From the NCBI GenBank assembly GCA_018830005.1, contig JAHJTE010000003.1, positions 7,674 through 71,673 on the forward strand: a stretch of 64,000 nucleotides of DNA, read 5' to 3'. Source of the stretch: Candidatus Omnitrophota bacterium (GTDB taxonomy: Bacteria; Omnitrophota; Gorgyraeia; JAHJTE01). Below, in pieces: positions 21,292 through 30,144 of the stretch (position 1 is its first letter; each line of letters begins with the position of its first letter). The position numbers and the translations under genes are program-made. Under the pieces are notes generated by a model. The model searched no databases. It saw only the letters and a program-made list of their open reading frames with translations, and was not told the origin of the DNA.

Positions 21292-21576
21292 TCAAGAGAT
21301 TGCTTGTAATGAAGAAATTAAATTCTTTATATCCGGCAAATGAGTAAACAGAAAAGAACAAACAAAAATAATATAAAGCGAGGATAAAATAATAGCAACA
21401 AATGCAATTTTTCTTCCTCTTTGACTATTCTTTTCTTTAGAACGAAGGGCGAGAATAGCAAAAACAATGGCAACTAACGCCTTCTCAATCCCGAGAAGTT
21501 GTACAAATGAGGCAAGTGCAATAACAAGAGAGGCTTGAGCGAATTCATTTACCTTGATATTTCCTGTATCAATCAT
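21292..21576 (-). CDS. Small membrane protein (DUF4190-like, 2-3 TM)
   Basis: Hydrophobic helices flanking a GRKIAF loop; co-oriented in the operon. Confidence 0.55.
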   Translation of the reverse strand: MIDTGNIKVNEFAQASLVIALASFVQLLGIEKALVAIVFAILALRSKEKNSQRGRKIAFVAIILSSLYIIFVCSFLFTHLPDIKNLISSLQAIS

Positions 21577-21596
21577 GATCTAGGCCTTCCTATTTT

Positions 21597-22016
21597 TTAT
21601 TTATTGGGTTCTTTTTTTGCCTTAGCAAAGAAATGCAAAATGGACTTTATAATATGATCAGCTTCATAAAAATCCTTTGACTTATCAAAGAAGGCATTTG
21701 CCTTTAGCCGATATGCTGCATCTCGGTTCTCTTCTGTGCCGTAAGCAGTGATCATAACCACTGGCAGCTCATCATCCATCTCTCTGATACGACGTAAGGT
21801 TTCAACCCCGTCCATCTCCGGCATACTTATATCCAGAAAAACTATGTTTGGTTTTTGCTGCTTGATAATATCAAGCGCGCCCTTGCCGTTAAAAGCTGTA
21901 CGCACCTTATAACCTTGACTCTTAAGCCAAAATTCCATTGTAGCTACAAAATCCTTTTCGTCATCCACAATAAGTATCTCGATATCTTTATTATGGTTTT
22001 CTATTTTCTTCTCCAT
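21597..22016 (-). CDS. Single-domain response regulator
   Basis: ILIVDDE, FLDISMPEMDG, MITAYG, DK; SD AAGGAGGT. Confidence 0.92.
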   Translation of the reverse strand: MEKKIENHNKDIEILIVDDEKDFVATMEFWLKSQGYKVRTAFNGKGALDIIKQQKPNIVFLDISMPEMDGVETLRRIREMDDELPVVMITAYGTEENRDAAYRLKANAFFDKSKDFYEADHIIKSILHFFAKAKKEPNK

Positions 22017-22029
22017 TTGACCTCCTTAT

Positions 22030-24357
22030 TTAATCCTTTACCTCTTTTTTCTCTTGAGTAGAAAATTTCTTAGGAAGTGTAAAACTAAAAGTACTCCCCT
22101 TTCCAATCTCGCTTTTAACCCAAATCTTTCCTTTGTGCAGCTCGACAATTTGTTTACAGATATGAAGCCCTAGGCCTGTGCCGCCTACACCGGCAGGAGA
22201 GATCAAGCTCACCTGCTCAAACTTATCAAATATTCGCTGACAATCCTTCTCCTCAATGCCTATACCATTATCAGTGATACCTACTTCAACAGCCTCAAAA
22301 CTGTTGCCTCCTGAGCCTGCTGTGATATTCTTGCAGGAAATTATAATTTTGCCTTTCTCGGCTATAAATTTAAGCGCATTGCCTATCAAATTAGTTAATA
22401 CTTGATTTATCTTGTCTCTATCTGCTTCTACATCAATCTCCTTCCCGCCTAAACTTAGATCAATTCCAATTTGTTTATCCTTAACCCAAGTATCTAGAGA
22501 TTGCATTACCTCTTGTATAAGTGTGATTAAGTTAAAGGTTGCAGGATTAATACTTATCTTGCCAGCTTCTAACTTAGAAAAATCCAATATATCATCAATC
22601 AGGCGAGAAAGTCTTGAAAGATTAGAATTAGCAATATTTAAAAACTTGTTTTGATCTTCATTTATATCTCCGCAAGCCTTAGAAATCAGAAGCGAAAGAG
22701 ATTTTTTTGTGGCGATTATCGGGGTACGCAATTCATGGCTAACATGTGCAACAAAATCTGACTTCATCTTATCCACTTGCTTTTGACGCGTTATATCACT
22801 AAGCATCATAACCATACCTACGGTATTGCCATTTTCATTCTCTACAACCGCGGTGCTGGCACGCAGAATGCGTTTGGTTTGTTCATCATTACTGCTAAGC
22901 TCAATCTCTTTGCTAACCGCTTCTGCCTCATCAGCCAAATTACCTTTAGCCAATGCAACCAACTGATGGCTGCCTAATCCTTCCTGAAGAAATTTACCTA
23001 TCTTTTCCTTCTTATCTATACCTAATAATTGCTCGGCAGCAGGGTTTATCATCATAACCTTACCTTGTTTATCTACAACAATCATGCCATCAGCAAGATT
23101 TCGTATTACTGTATCAACACGCTCTTTTTCGCCGGCAAGGCGCTTATTTTTTCTTTTCAAATCTTGTGTTGCTTTAGCAATCTCATCGAGCAAAGTCTTG
23201 TCAAAAAGCTTGGCCTTATTTTTGAGTTCTTCATATTCTCTCTTTGCTATGCTAATCTTCTTTCTAGATTCTATTGCATCTTCTAATCTTGCCAGGAGTA
23301 CATCAGAATCTGCTTCCTTTGCGCCCTTTTCTATCAATGCCGCCTTTAGATCTGGAGAAACTCTATTTAATTCTTTACTATCAATTATCAATCTCTTGCT
23401 GCGCTGCAGGAATTTGTTAAGATTAGGTTTTGTTACTTCATAAATCTTAGCTAACATATGAATTTTTAAATTATCATCAAATCCAGATATGATCTCATGC
23501 AGATTATCGATTTCCTTCTTGATCTGGCTGGCACTACTATCTGTATCGATAGACTTTACAATAGCGCGTTCTAGACTAGCAAGTATCCTATCTGGCTTGC
23601 GTTTCTTTTTTATAAGTTCATCACTAAACTCATCGATAATACATTCCCGCAGTTTAGCCAAGACCTTTGCTAGGCTGCCACAGGCAACAGCTGCCTGAAC
23701 AACGATATTGGCAAGCTGGCTAGGTTCAGATAATAGTTTTGAAATAACATCTTCTTTGTGTCTTTCTAAAATTTCTCCTGTTACTTGGCCTTGTAGATAT
23801 TGTTCAAGAATAGCCAGTTCACCTTCATGAGGAACATCCTTTTTGATCTTTTCTTTCTTCTCTAGGAATGCCTCTGCATCTTTCGTCACAGATGAAGTAA
23901 CCTTTTGGCCTTCTTCAACTTTTTCATAATGAACAACATTGGCCTTGATATGACTAAAACCATTGCTTAGAAAGGTTGTTTTAAGCTTCTCTTCATTTTT
24001 ATCCAATTTCTTGCCAATGCTTAGCAGGCTTAATAAATCAGCTAATTCTGATAATTCCATACCTTGCTTAAAAGATATGCTATCTATCTCCAATTCCCTC
24101 ATTTTATCAACCAATTCCTTAGATCCCGCCAATGTAGAAGACAGAGAGATGTCGTTTAAAATAAGTTCTTCTCCTCCAACAAAAATAGTCACCTGGGAAT
24201 TCTCTTTGAGTAGTATAGTAAGATGCTGGTAAAGCTGATTTAGCGACTCTTTAACGATAGGATGTTTTTTGGAATAAAGTGCGATTTTTTTGCTAGTTAT
24301 AAGAATTAACTTGGCAACTTCTAAGTAGACTTTATCTTTTTTGTCTTTATTCGGCAT
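22030..24357 (-). CDS. Cytoplasmic PAS sensor histidine kinase with long uncharacterised N-terminal region
   Basis: PAS (DGMIVVD...NPAAE), HisKA VSHELRTP, NLIGNALKF, DNGIGI, GTGLGL; no TM segment. Confidence 0.9.
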   Translation of the reverse strand: MPNKDKKDKVYLEVAKLILITSKKIALYSKKHPIVKESLNQLYQHLTILLKENSQVTIFVGGEELILNDISLSSTLAGSKELVDKMRELEIDSISFKQGMELSELADLLSLLSIGKKLDKNEEKLKTTFLSNGFSHIKANVVHYEKVEEGQKVTSSVTKDAEAFLEKKEKIKKDVPHEGELAILEQYLQGQVTGEILERHKEDVISKLLSEPSQLANIVVQAAVACGSLAKVLAKLRECIIDEFSDELIKKKRKPDRILASLERAIVKSIDTDSSASQIKKEIDNLHEIISGFDDNLKIHMLAKIYEVTKPNLNKFLQRSKRLIIDSKELNRVSPDLKAALIEKGAKEADSDVLLARLEDAIESRKKISIAKREYEELKNKAKLFDKTLLDEIAKATQDLKRKNKRLAGEKERVDTVIRNLADGMIVVDKQGKVMMINPAAEQLLGIDKKEKIGKFLQEGLGSHQLVALAKGNLADEAEAVSKEIELSSNDEQTKRILRASTAVVENENGNTVGMVMMLSDITRQKQVDKMKSDFVAHVSHELRTPIIATKKSLSLLISKACGDINEDQNKFLNIANSNLSRLSRLIDDILDFSKLEAGKISINPATFNLITLIQEVMQSLDTWVKDKQIGIDLSLGGKEIDVEADRDKINQVLTNLIGNALKFIAEKGKIIISCKNITAGSGGNSFEAVEVGITDNGIGIEEKDCQRIFDKFEQVSLISPAGVGGTGLGLHICKQIVELHKGKIWVKSEIGKGSTFSFTLPKKFSTQEKKEVKD

Positions 24358-24463
24358 TTATTGATTGACTTTATTGAAGACCCCTGTGACCCTAAAGAGG
24401 AGTCGCTTAAGGTGTTTACGCTAGGTAGGCGTCTTAAGACATATGCGAAGGCGGAATTATAAT

Positions 24464-25198
24464 CTACCTCTTAAGCTGACTGGTCAAAACAATCGCATCT
24501 GCTATTTCGCGCATTGATCTGCGTGTATCCATGCTTGTTTTCTGAATCTTACGGAATGCATCCTCTTCGCTTAACCCTTCCTGGCGCATTAATATGCCCT
24601 TAGCACGCTCTACAACCTTTCTCGTAGCCAGCTCTTCTTTGATGATGCTAGACTCTACTATGACCCTGGCATGTTCAATGGCAACAGCTGCCTGATTAGC
24701 CACAGTAGTCAGGACCTTTACTTCAGCATCACTAAACTTGCGGGGCTTTGACGTGTATAAATTAATTACTCCGATGGCCTTATCTTTAATGCTTAATGGC
24801 ACACTTAAAAGAGAGCATAGATTTTCAGTCTTAGCAATATCACGATTGAGATAACGCTGATCTTTCTTAACGTTATGTGCTATTATCGGTCTGTTTTCCT
24901 TCGCCACCAGACCAGCTATGCCTTCACCAAGTTTTATATTCGGCTTCTTGTTATATAAAGGGCTGATTGATTGTGTGGCGCGCACTACCAATTCGCTCCT
25001 AGATTCGTCTAAAAGCATCAAAGAACAAATCTTCGAATTCATAATCTCCGCCGTTACCGTTACAATCAATCGTAAGATATCTGTCAGATAGAGATGTGAG
25101 GTAATAGCCTGGCTTATTTCAGATATTGCCTTTAAGGCTTGAGGGCTTACTGCGGAACTCCTTGTAGATTTTCTTTCTTTTCGGATTCTTCTTCCCAT
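24464..25198 (-). CDS. GAF-ANTAR RNA-binding regulator
   Basis: GAF (GEGIAGLVA, SLLSVPL); ANTAR RKVVERAKGILM...AFRKIQKTSMDTRRSMREIA; start uncertain because of a 52-nt overlap with the upstream gene. Confidence 0.92.
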   Translation of the reverse strand: MGRRIRKERKSTRSSAVSPQALKAISEISQAITSHLYLTDILRLIVTVTAEIMNSKICSLMLLDESRSELVVRATQSISPLYNKKPNIKLGEGIAGLVAKENRPIIAHNVKKDQRYLNRDIAKTENLCSLLSVPLSIKDKAIGVINLYTSKPRKFSDAEVKVLTTVANQAAVAIEHARVIVESSIIKEELATRKVVERAKGILMRQEGLSEEDAFRKIQKTSMDTRRSMREIADAIVLTSQLKR

Positions 25199-25689
25199 AG
25201 TCTCAGCATAAATTTCTCGCCACCACTTTCAAGCACAACAAAATTAGCTCTAATATCTTTAATGGTAAATCCGGAAATCTTATCACCCGCTTTTAAATTT
25301 TCTTCGTTAATTACAGCTATTGAATCTTTAGGATTATCTTCAGAAATAATCATACCCGAAAGTTCCAATTTTGAAATTTGTTCCATTTTTGCTACCCAAT
25401 TCTGATCTGAAGAACCGCCGAGACTCCTTTTATCCAAAACAAAAGGGTCTCTACCCCAGTCTAAATCTTTGACATCATAGACGTCTTCCTTTTTTGCTGT
25501 ATCTTTAACAGACGTCTTAAAATAAACTAATTCTTTGCTTGACTCATCTTTATCTATGACTTGCGCTGGCGCCGATTTGGGACGCTGCGGCCGGCTGCGA
25601 GTAAACTTTTTTATAGTAGCAAAAACAGCAATTATCGCTATTGTAACAACTATCACTGCAATAATAAGTTCTTTTTGTTGTTTATCCAT
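25147..25689 (-). CDS. PilP/MshK/GspB-like assembly protein (copy 2)
   Basis: N-terminal TM, DWGRDPFVL, LSGMII...AVINE...GDKISG beta domain; follows pilO. Confidence 0.7.
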   Translation of the reverse strand: MDKQQKELIIAVIVVTIAIIAVFATIKKFTRSRPQRPKSAPAQVIDKDESSKELVYFKTSVKDTAKKEDVYDVKDLDWGRDPFVLDKRSLGGSSDQNWVAKMEQISKLELSGMIISEDNPKDSIAVINEENLKAGDKISGFTIKDIRANFVVLESGGEKFMLRLWEEESEKKENLQGVPQ

Positions 25690-26342
25690 TATTTTCTTTT
25701 TTTTCTTTTTAAATGCAGATCGACTCCTTTTTCTACATCTGCTTCTAAATTGAGGGCGCCTCCATGCGAAAGGACAAAGGCCCCAAGTAACAACTCAATT
25801 TCTAATTCTGAAGCCGAACCTTTTAGCTTGCTTATCTTTAACTCATCAAAACTAAAGGCATATTGTGTGTTCTCAAACATAACCTTTAAGAACTCTGTCA
25901 AAGGACGATATCCTGCATTCAATTTTAATTTGATAGGCACTTTATTGAAGATAAGGTCGCTTTTGGTATCTGTTTGTGATTCATATCTCATCGCCTTATC
26001 CGGTTCGATAGAGATAATTTCTATATTAAATTTATCTGCCTGATTAAATAGTTCCTGAAACATACCAGGAAGTTCATTCTGAGAAGGGAATTTATCTTGA
26101 AGTTTCGTAACCTCGGCTTGCATTTTGGCGATTTCTTTCTCATAGCCTTCTGCCTTTACCCTGACCTCCTCTTCCTTAATGTTGATATCAAAATCCTTAA
26201 CCTTTTGCAAAATGCTGGTAATATCGCGTCTTTTTGGCAAATATAAGAATTGCCAGAATATAAAAACAACTATAAACATTATTCCGGCAGAAATCAAAAT
26301 TATGACCTGACGTTTATCAATATTAAATTTTGTGGTGTTCAT
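25689..26342 (-). CDS. pilO: PilO/GspM-like inner-membrane assembly protein (copy 2)
   Basis: TM, coiled coil, P.QNELP, ferredoxin-like C-terminal domain; downstream of pilMN. Confidence 0.78.
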   Translation of the reverse strand: MNTTKFNIDKRQVIILISAGIMFIVVFIFWQFLYLPKRRDITSILQKVKDFDINIKEEEVRVKAEGYEKEIAKMQAEVTKLQDKFPSQNELPGMFQELFNQADKFNIEIISIEPDKAMRYESQTDTKSDLIFNKVPIKLKLNAGYRPLTEFLKVMFENTQYAFSFDELKISKLKGSASELEIELLLGAFVLSHGGALNLEADVEKGVDLHLKRKKRK

Positions 26343-27946
26343 TCTATTTTTGATAGTTCAACCGTTAACTTAAAATCAATGGCTTCTAGTTGGTCTATCT
26401 CTTCTTTTATGGTCAAGAGGAGATTTACATTATTAAAATAAGGCGAATTCTCTAATTTGAGTAAGAAATCAGCGAGGTAATTTTCAGCTGAGTCTCCAGA
26501 GGCAAAACTCAAACCTCTGATAAAAAATACCGCCTCCTTTTTAAAGAATTCCATATCTAAGAATTCAATGGATCTGGGTATGATTCGACTCAATTCTTTG
26601 AGATAAACGAAAAGTTCTAACTCTGTTCCGATGATCTCCTTAAAGAATCTCTGTCTCTCTATAATATTATCCCTTAATGTCCTCAGTTTTACAAGATTAC
26701 TGTAATAATCATTGTAGGAAGTAAGTATCTTCTGGTAGCGCTTTAATTGTACTGTCATTGAAAGAAAACTAAATATCATCAACACCAACAGGACAGGAGC
26801 GATAATCCGTAATATCTTCTGTTGTATGCCAATTGTCTTTTGAATCTTTACTGATTTAGGCAAGAGATCTACTGTGTCACCTTTTCCTAAACATACACCA
26901 ATACTAGCAGCAAGTGTTGGTAGGATATTCGATAAATCTTTACCCTTAGGAATCTTAGAGGTAATATTGCTGGGCAGGGTTATAAGCTTAGTAGGAATGC
27001 CACCTAAGCCATCACTTACAAAATCAGTCAGATTTTTCAAGTTCGCCCCACCGCCGGCTAGAAAAACCTGATCAATTGCATCAACTTGGAATTCCTCACG
27101 GAAATATCTAAAAGAGCTGCGTATGTCAGTTAAGAGTCTTTCTAAAATCGGCCGCATCAAGACTGAAATCTGCGATAAGGGTATATCCTGAAAACTCGAG
27201 TTGACTTGTGATTTTGCTGGAATGCCGCATTCTCTTTTTATTTCCTCTGCCTTCTTTGCATCCAGCTCTATTTTTTTAGGAAAGGTAACCACAACACCAC
27301 TTAAGGCGCGAGTAAAGCTATCCGAGGCTGTGGTAATCTTTCGAATAAATTGCAGTGTCGCCCCTTTAAAAATTAAAATATTTGTCTTATTTAGACCGAT
27401 GTCAATAACTGCACTTACCTTCTGCACCATTTCCTGCTCTTTCTGCGCAATAAGGTTTGCCAAAGCGAAATGACTTATCGTAATAAATGCTGGCTCAACA
27501 CCTGCTGCTTGCAGCGATTTTACGTGCCTGTCAATTAACGTATTATGAACCGCTACCGCTAATATCTCATTGCGTTTTATTCCATCGCTGCCAGTAATAG
27601 TGTTTAATATTTTTAAGTCAATTTTGCTCTCATCTAAGTTAAAATTTGTCACTTCCTTTAATGACCAGCGCACTGCATCGCGTAAATCTTCCTTGGGCAT
27701 AAAAGGAACAATGGAACGCTTTAAAACTATGTCCTGGCCAGAGACTAAGGAATAAACTTGCGATTCTGCAGTTCCTAATTCTTCTAATACTTCCTTCAAT
27801 AGCGATTGCTTAACTTCGTCGCTAGATTCAGAACCAAACTCTTTAATCACAAAATCCAAGATATCGATTCGGCCATCGCTTCTTTCAATCTTTACGGCCT
27901 TAATTGAATATTGACCTATATCTATACCGATTAAGTATTTTTCCAT
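26339..27946 (-). CDS. pilM: PilM-PilN fusion protein (copy 2)
   Basis: Actin-like IGIDIG, VIDIG, LAGGGA; then VDLLP, TM, coiled coil and a PilN domain (LENSPYFNNV). Confidence 0.85.
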   Translation of the reverse strand: MEKYLIGIDIGQYSIKAVKIERSDGRIDILDFVIKEFGSESSDEVKQSLLKEVLEELGTAESQVYSLVSGQDIVLKRSIVPFMPKEDLRDAVRWSLKEVTNFNLDESKIDLKILNTITGSDGIKRNEILAVAVHNTLIDRHVKSLQAAGVEPAFITISHFALANLIAQKEQEMVQKVSAVIDIGLNKTNILIFKGATLQFIRKITTASDSFTRALSGVVVTFPKKIELDAKKAEEIKRECGIPAKSQVNSSFQDIPLSQISVLMRPILERLLTDIRSSFRYFREEFQVDAIDQVFLAGGGANLKNLTDFVSDGLGGIPTKLITLPSNITSKIPKGKDLSNILPTLAASIGVCLGKGDTVDLLPKSVKIQKTIGIQQKILRIIAPVLLVLMIFSFLSMTVQLKRYQKILTSYNDYYSNLVKLRTLRDNIIERQRFFKEIIGTELELFVYLKELSRIIPRSIEFLDMEFFKKEAVFFIRGLSFASGDSAENYLADFLLKLENSPYFNNVNLLLTIKEEIDQLEAIDFKLTVELSKIE

Positions 27947-27953
27947 ACTAGCC

Positions 27954-28343
27954 CTATTTCAATAACTCGTTTATTTTCTCTAACAAAGTTTCTGGTCTTT
28001 CTGATTTTACTATATAACAATCTGCACCCATATCTTTACCCAGTTGTCTATCCTCATTCTGGCCCCTGGCAGTAAGCATAATAATCGGGATCATACGATA
28101 TTTCTCATCAAATTTTAGAAATCTGCACACCTTATAACCATCCATCTTAGGAAGCATTAAATCCAGAACAATCAAATCAGGTTTTTCGCTCCTTGCCACA
28201 TTTAAACCTTCTTGTCCGTCAATAGCAACTAAGACAGTAAAATTATTTGCCTCAAGCATTGCCTTAATTGCCATTAAAAAATCAGGCTCATCATCAACAA
28301 CAAGAATTCTTTTTTTGGTATTTCCTTTATCTTCTGTCATCAC
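27954..28343 (-). CDS. Single-domain response regulator
   Basis: ILVVDDE, LDLMLPKMDG, MLTARG, YIVK. Confidence 0.93.
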   Translation of the reverse strand: MMTEDKGNTKKRILVVDDEPDFLMAIKAMLEANNFTVLVAIDGQEGLNVARSEKPDLIVLDLMLPKMDGYKVCRFLKFDEKYRMIPIIMLTARGQNEDRQLGKDMGADCYIVKSERPETLLEKINELLK

Positions 28344-30049
28344 TTGCCCTCTTTCTTCGTTAATACCTTATTCGCCTCGTTCACTAGCTCGGTCTCGTTA
28401 AGCGCATCATCAGGATAAGTTACAACACCAATCTCAAAATTTAATTTTATTCTACCGCTGGAGGTATTAAACTCAGGCTTTTCCAAAGACTCTCTTACGC
28501 GACCCGCTAAGGCATATGCACCTTCCTTATTGGTATCGGCTAAGATTGCTAGAATTTCTCCTTTTTTGAATCTTATCACAACATCATTAGGCCTGCGCAC
28601 TGTTTTCTTGACAATTGCCTCTAATTCAAACATAAGCCCTAAAATTTCGTCACGTGATAATCGTGTCTTAACTTTAGAGAAATTCTCTACAGCTAATACT
28701 ACCAATGATAAAGAATTATGTTCAGAGCGTGCGCGATTAATCTCATCAGAAACACGTTCAAAGAAATGCTCCTCTTCGTTGAAAATCGGCAGCGTAAAGA
28801 AAAAACTACTTCCCTTATTTAGTTCAGACTCGGCCCAGATCTCACCCTTATGAAGCTTAAGGATCTCCCGGGAGATTGCCAGCCCTAATCCTGTGCCTTT
28901 CTCTCTCTGAGGCAGGTCCCTGTCTAGCTGCTCGAATTTACTAAAAATCTTTTCAATGCTATCAGGCTCAATACCTTTACCAGTATCAGTAACTTCTACC
29001 CGCAAGTATTTTCTCTCTTGGCCCTTTGCTATGGATTTGCTAATAGTCTTTGCGTCTAACAAGACCTTACTGTTCTTTGGGCTGAATTTTATTGCATTAC
29101 CTATTAGATTAGTAAAAACCTCTATAATCCTTTCCCTATCCGCATATATATCGGGTGTTTCTTTAGGAATCCTATTTTCAACATCTATTTGCTTCTCTAG
29201 TAATAATCCCTCGAATGTACGCAAGACCTCAGTTGAGAGATCTGCCATCTTAATCTTTAACCTTTTTAAATCAAATCTACCAGCTTCGATACGAGAGAGT
29301 GAAAGTAAGTTATTAATTAAGCGCGTAAGTCTTTCAATATTAGAATCCATCAACTGCAGGTAGTCTCTCTGCTGTTTATTTATTGCTCCTGCTGCCTCTT
29401 TCAACATTAAAGAAGTAAAGTATCTGCAAGTAGCTAAAGGCGTTCCTAATTCGTGAGAGACATTAGCAACAAAATCAGATTTTAGGAGGTCCAGTTCTTT
29501 CAGCCGCTCATTTGCGCTTAACAATTCCTGGTAAAGACGTGCATTAGAAACAGCTATCGAGGCCTCATTTGCTAAAGCACTTAAAAGCTCTAAATCATCC
29601 TTAGTAAAAATCCTCTTGCCGCGCTTGTTATTGACATTAAGAACGCCGATTACCTGGTCTCTCGCCTTCAAGGGGACACTTAATAGCGACTGGTTATAAT
29701 ATTTACCCTTTTCGCGCGGCCGAAAGCGTCGATCTTTTGATATATCATTGATAAGTAAAGGTTTACCTGTTTTTGCCACCCAACCAGAAACGCCCACACC
29801 TATTTTAACTATCGCCTTTTTTATAACCTCTCTGCTTATACCCTTGGCATACTCTATCCTCAATTCTTTCTTTTGCTTATCCAGAAGCATTAAAGATGAA
29901 CGCTCCACATTTAAGACTTCGACGGTATTGTCAATGATCGATTTAAGGCAACGCTTTAATCCTAGATTAGAGTTTACCTCCTTGGCAATCTTAAAAAGGA
30001 TTTCCAGCCACTGAACCTTATTCTTGAGGTTTCCTTTACTCTTTGGCAT
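28340..30049 (-). CDS. GAF-histidine kinase with C-terminal degenerate GGDEF domain
   Basis: GAF; VSHELGTP; NAIKF, DTGKGI, GTGLGL; C-terminal RPNDVVIRFKKGEI...GVVTYPDD. Confidence 0.88.
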   Translation of the reverse strand: MPKSKGNLKNKVQWLEILFKIAKEVNSNLGLKRCLKSIIDNTVEVLNVERSSLMLLDKQKKELRIEYAKGISREVIKKAIVKIGVGVSGWVAKTGKPLLINDISKDRRFRPREKGKYYNQSLLSVPLKARDQVIGVLNVNNKRGKRIFTKDDLELLSALANEASIAVSNARLYQELLSANERLKELDLLKSDFVANVSHELGTPLATCRYFTSLMLKEAAGAINKQQRDYLQLMDSNIERLTRLINNLLSLSRIEAGRFDLKRLKIKMADLSTEVLRTFEGLLLEKQIDVENRIPKETPDIYADRERIIEVFTNLIGNAIKFSPKNSKVLLDAKTISKSIAKGQERKYLRVEVTDTGKGIEPDSIEKIFSKFEQLDRDLPQREKGTGLGLAISREILKLHKGEIWAESELNKGSSFFFTLPIFNEEEHFFERVSDEINRARSEHNSLSLVVLAVENFSKVKTRLSRDEILGLMFELEAIVKKTVRRPNDVVIRFKKGEILAILADTNKEGAYALAGRVRESLEKPEFNTSSGRIKLNFEIGVVTYPDDALNETELVNEANKVLTKKEGK

Positions 30050-30112
30050 TAAAGGAGTTAAATCAAAGATTCAAAAAATACAATACTAAAACTACCTATA
30101 GACTATGTTTTG

Positions 30113-30141
30113 AATTTATCACAGGCAGAGGCAAAAGTCAA
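30113..30141 (-). promoter_or_regulatory. Sigma70-type promoter for the HK-RR-pilMNOP-ANTAR operon
   Basis: TTGACT-17-TAAATT. Confidence 0.5.
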
Positions 30142-30144
30142 GAT

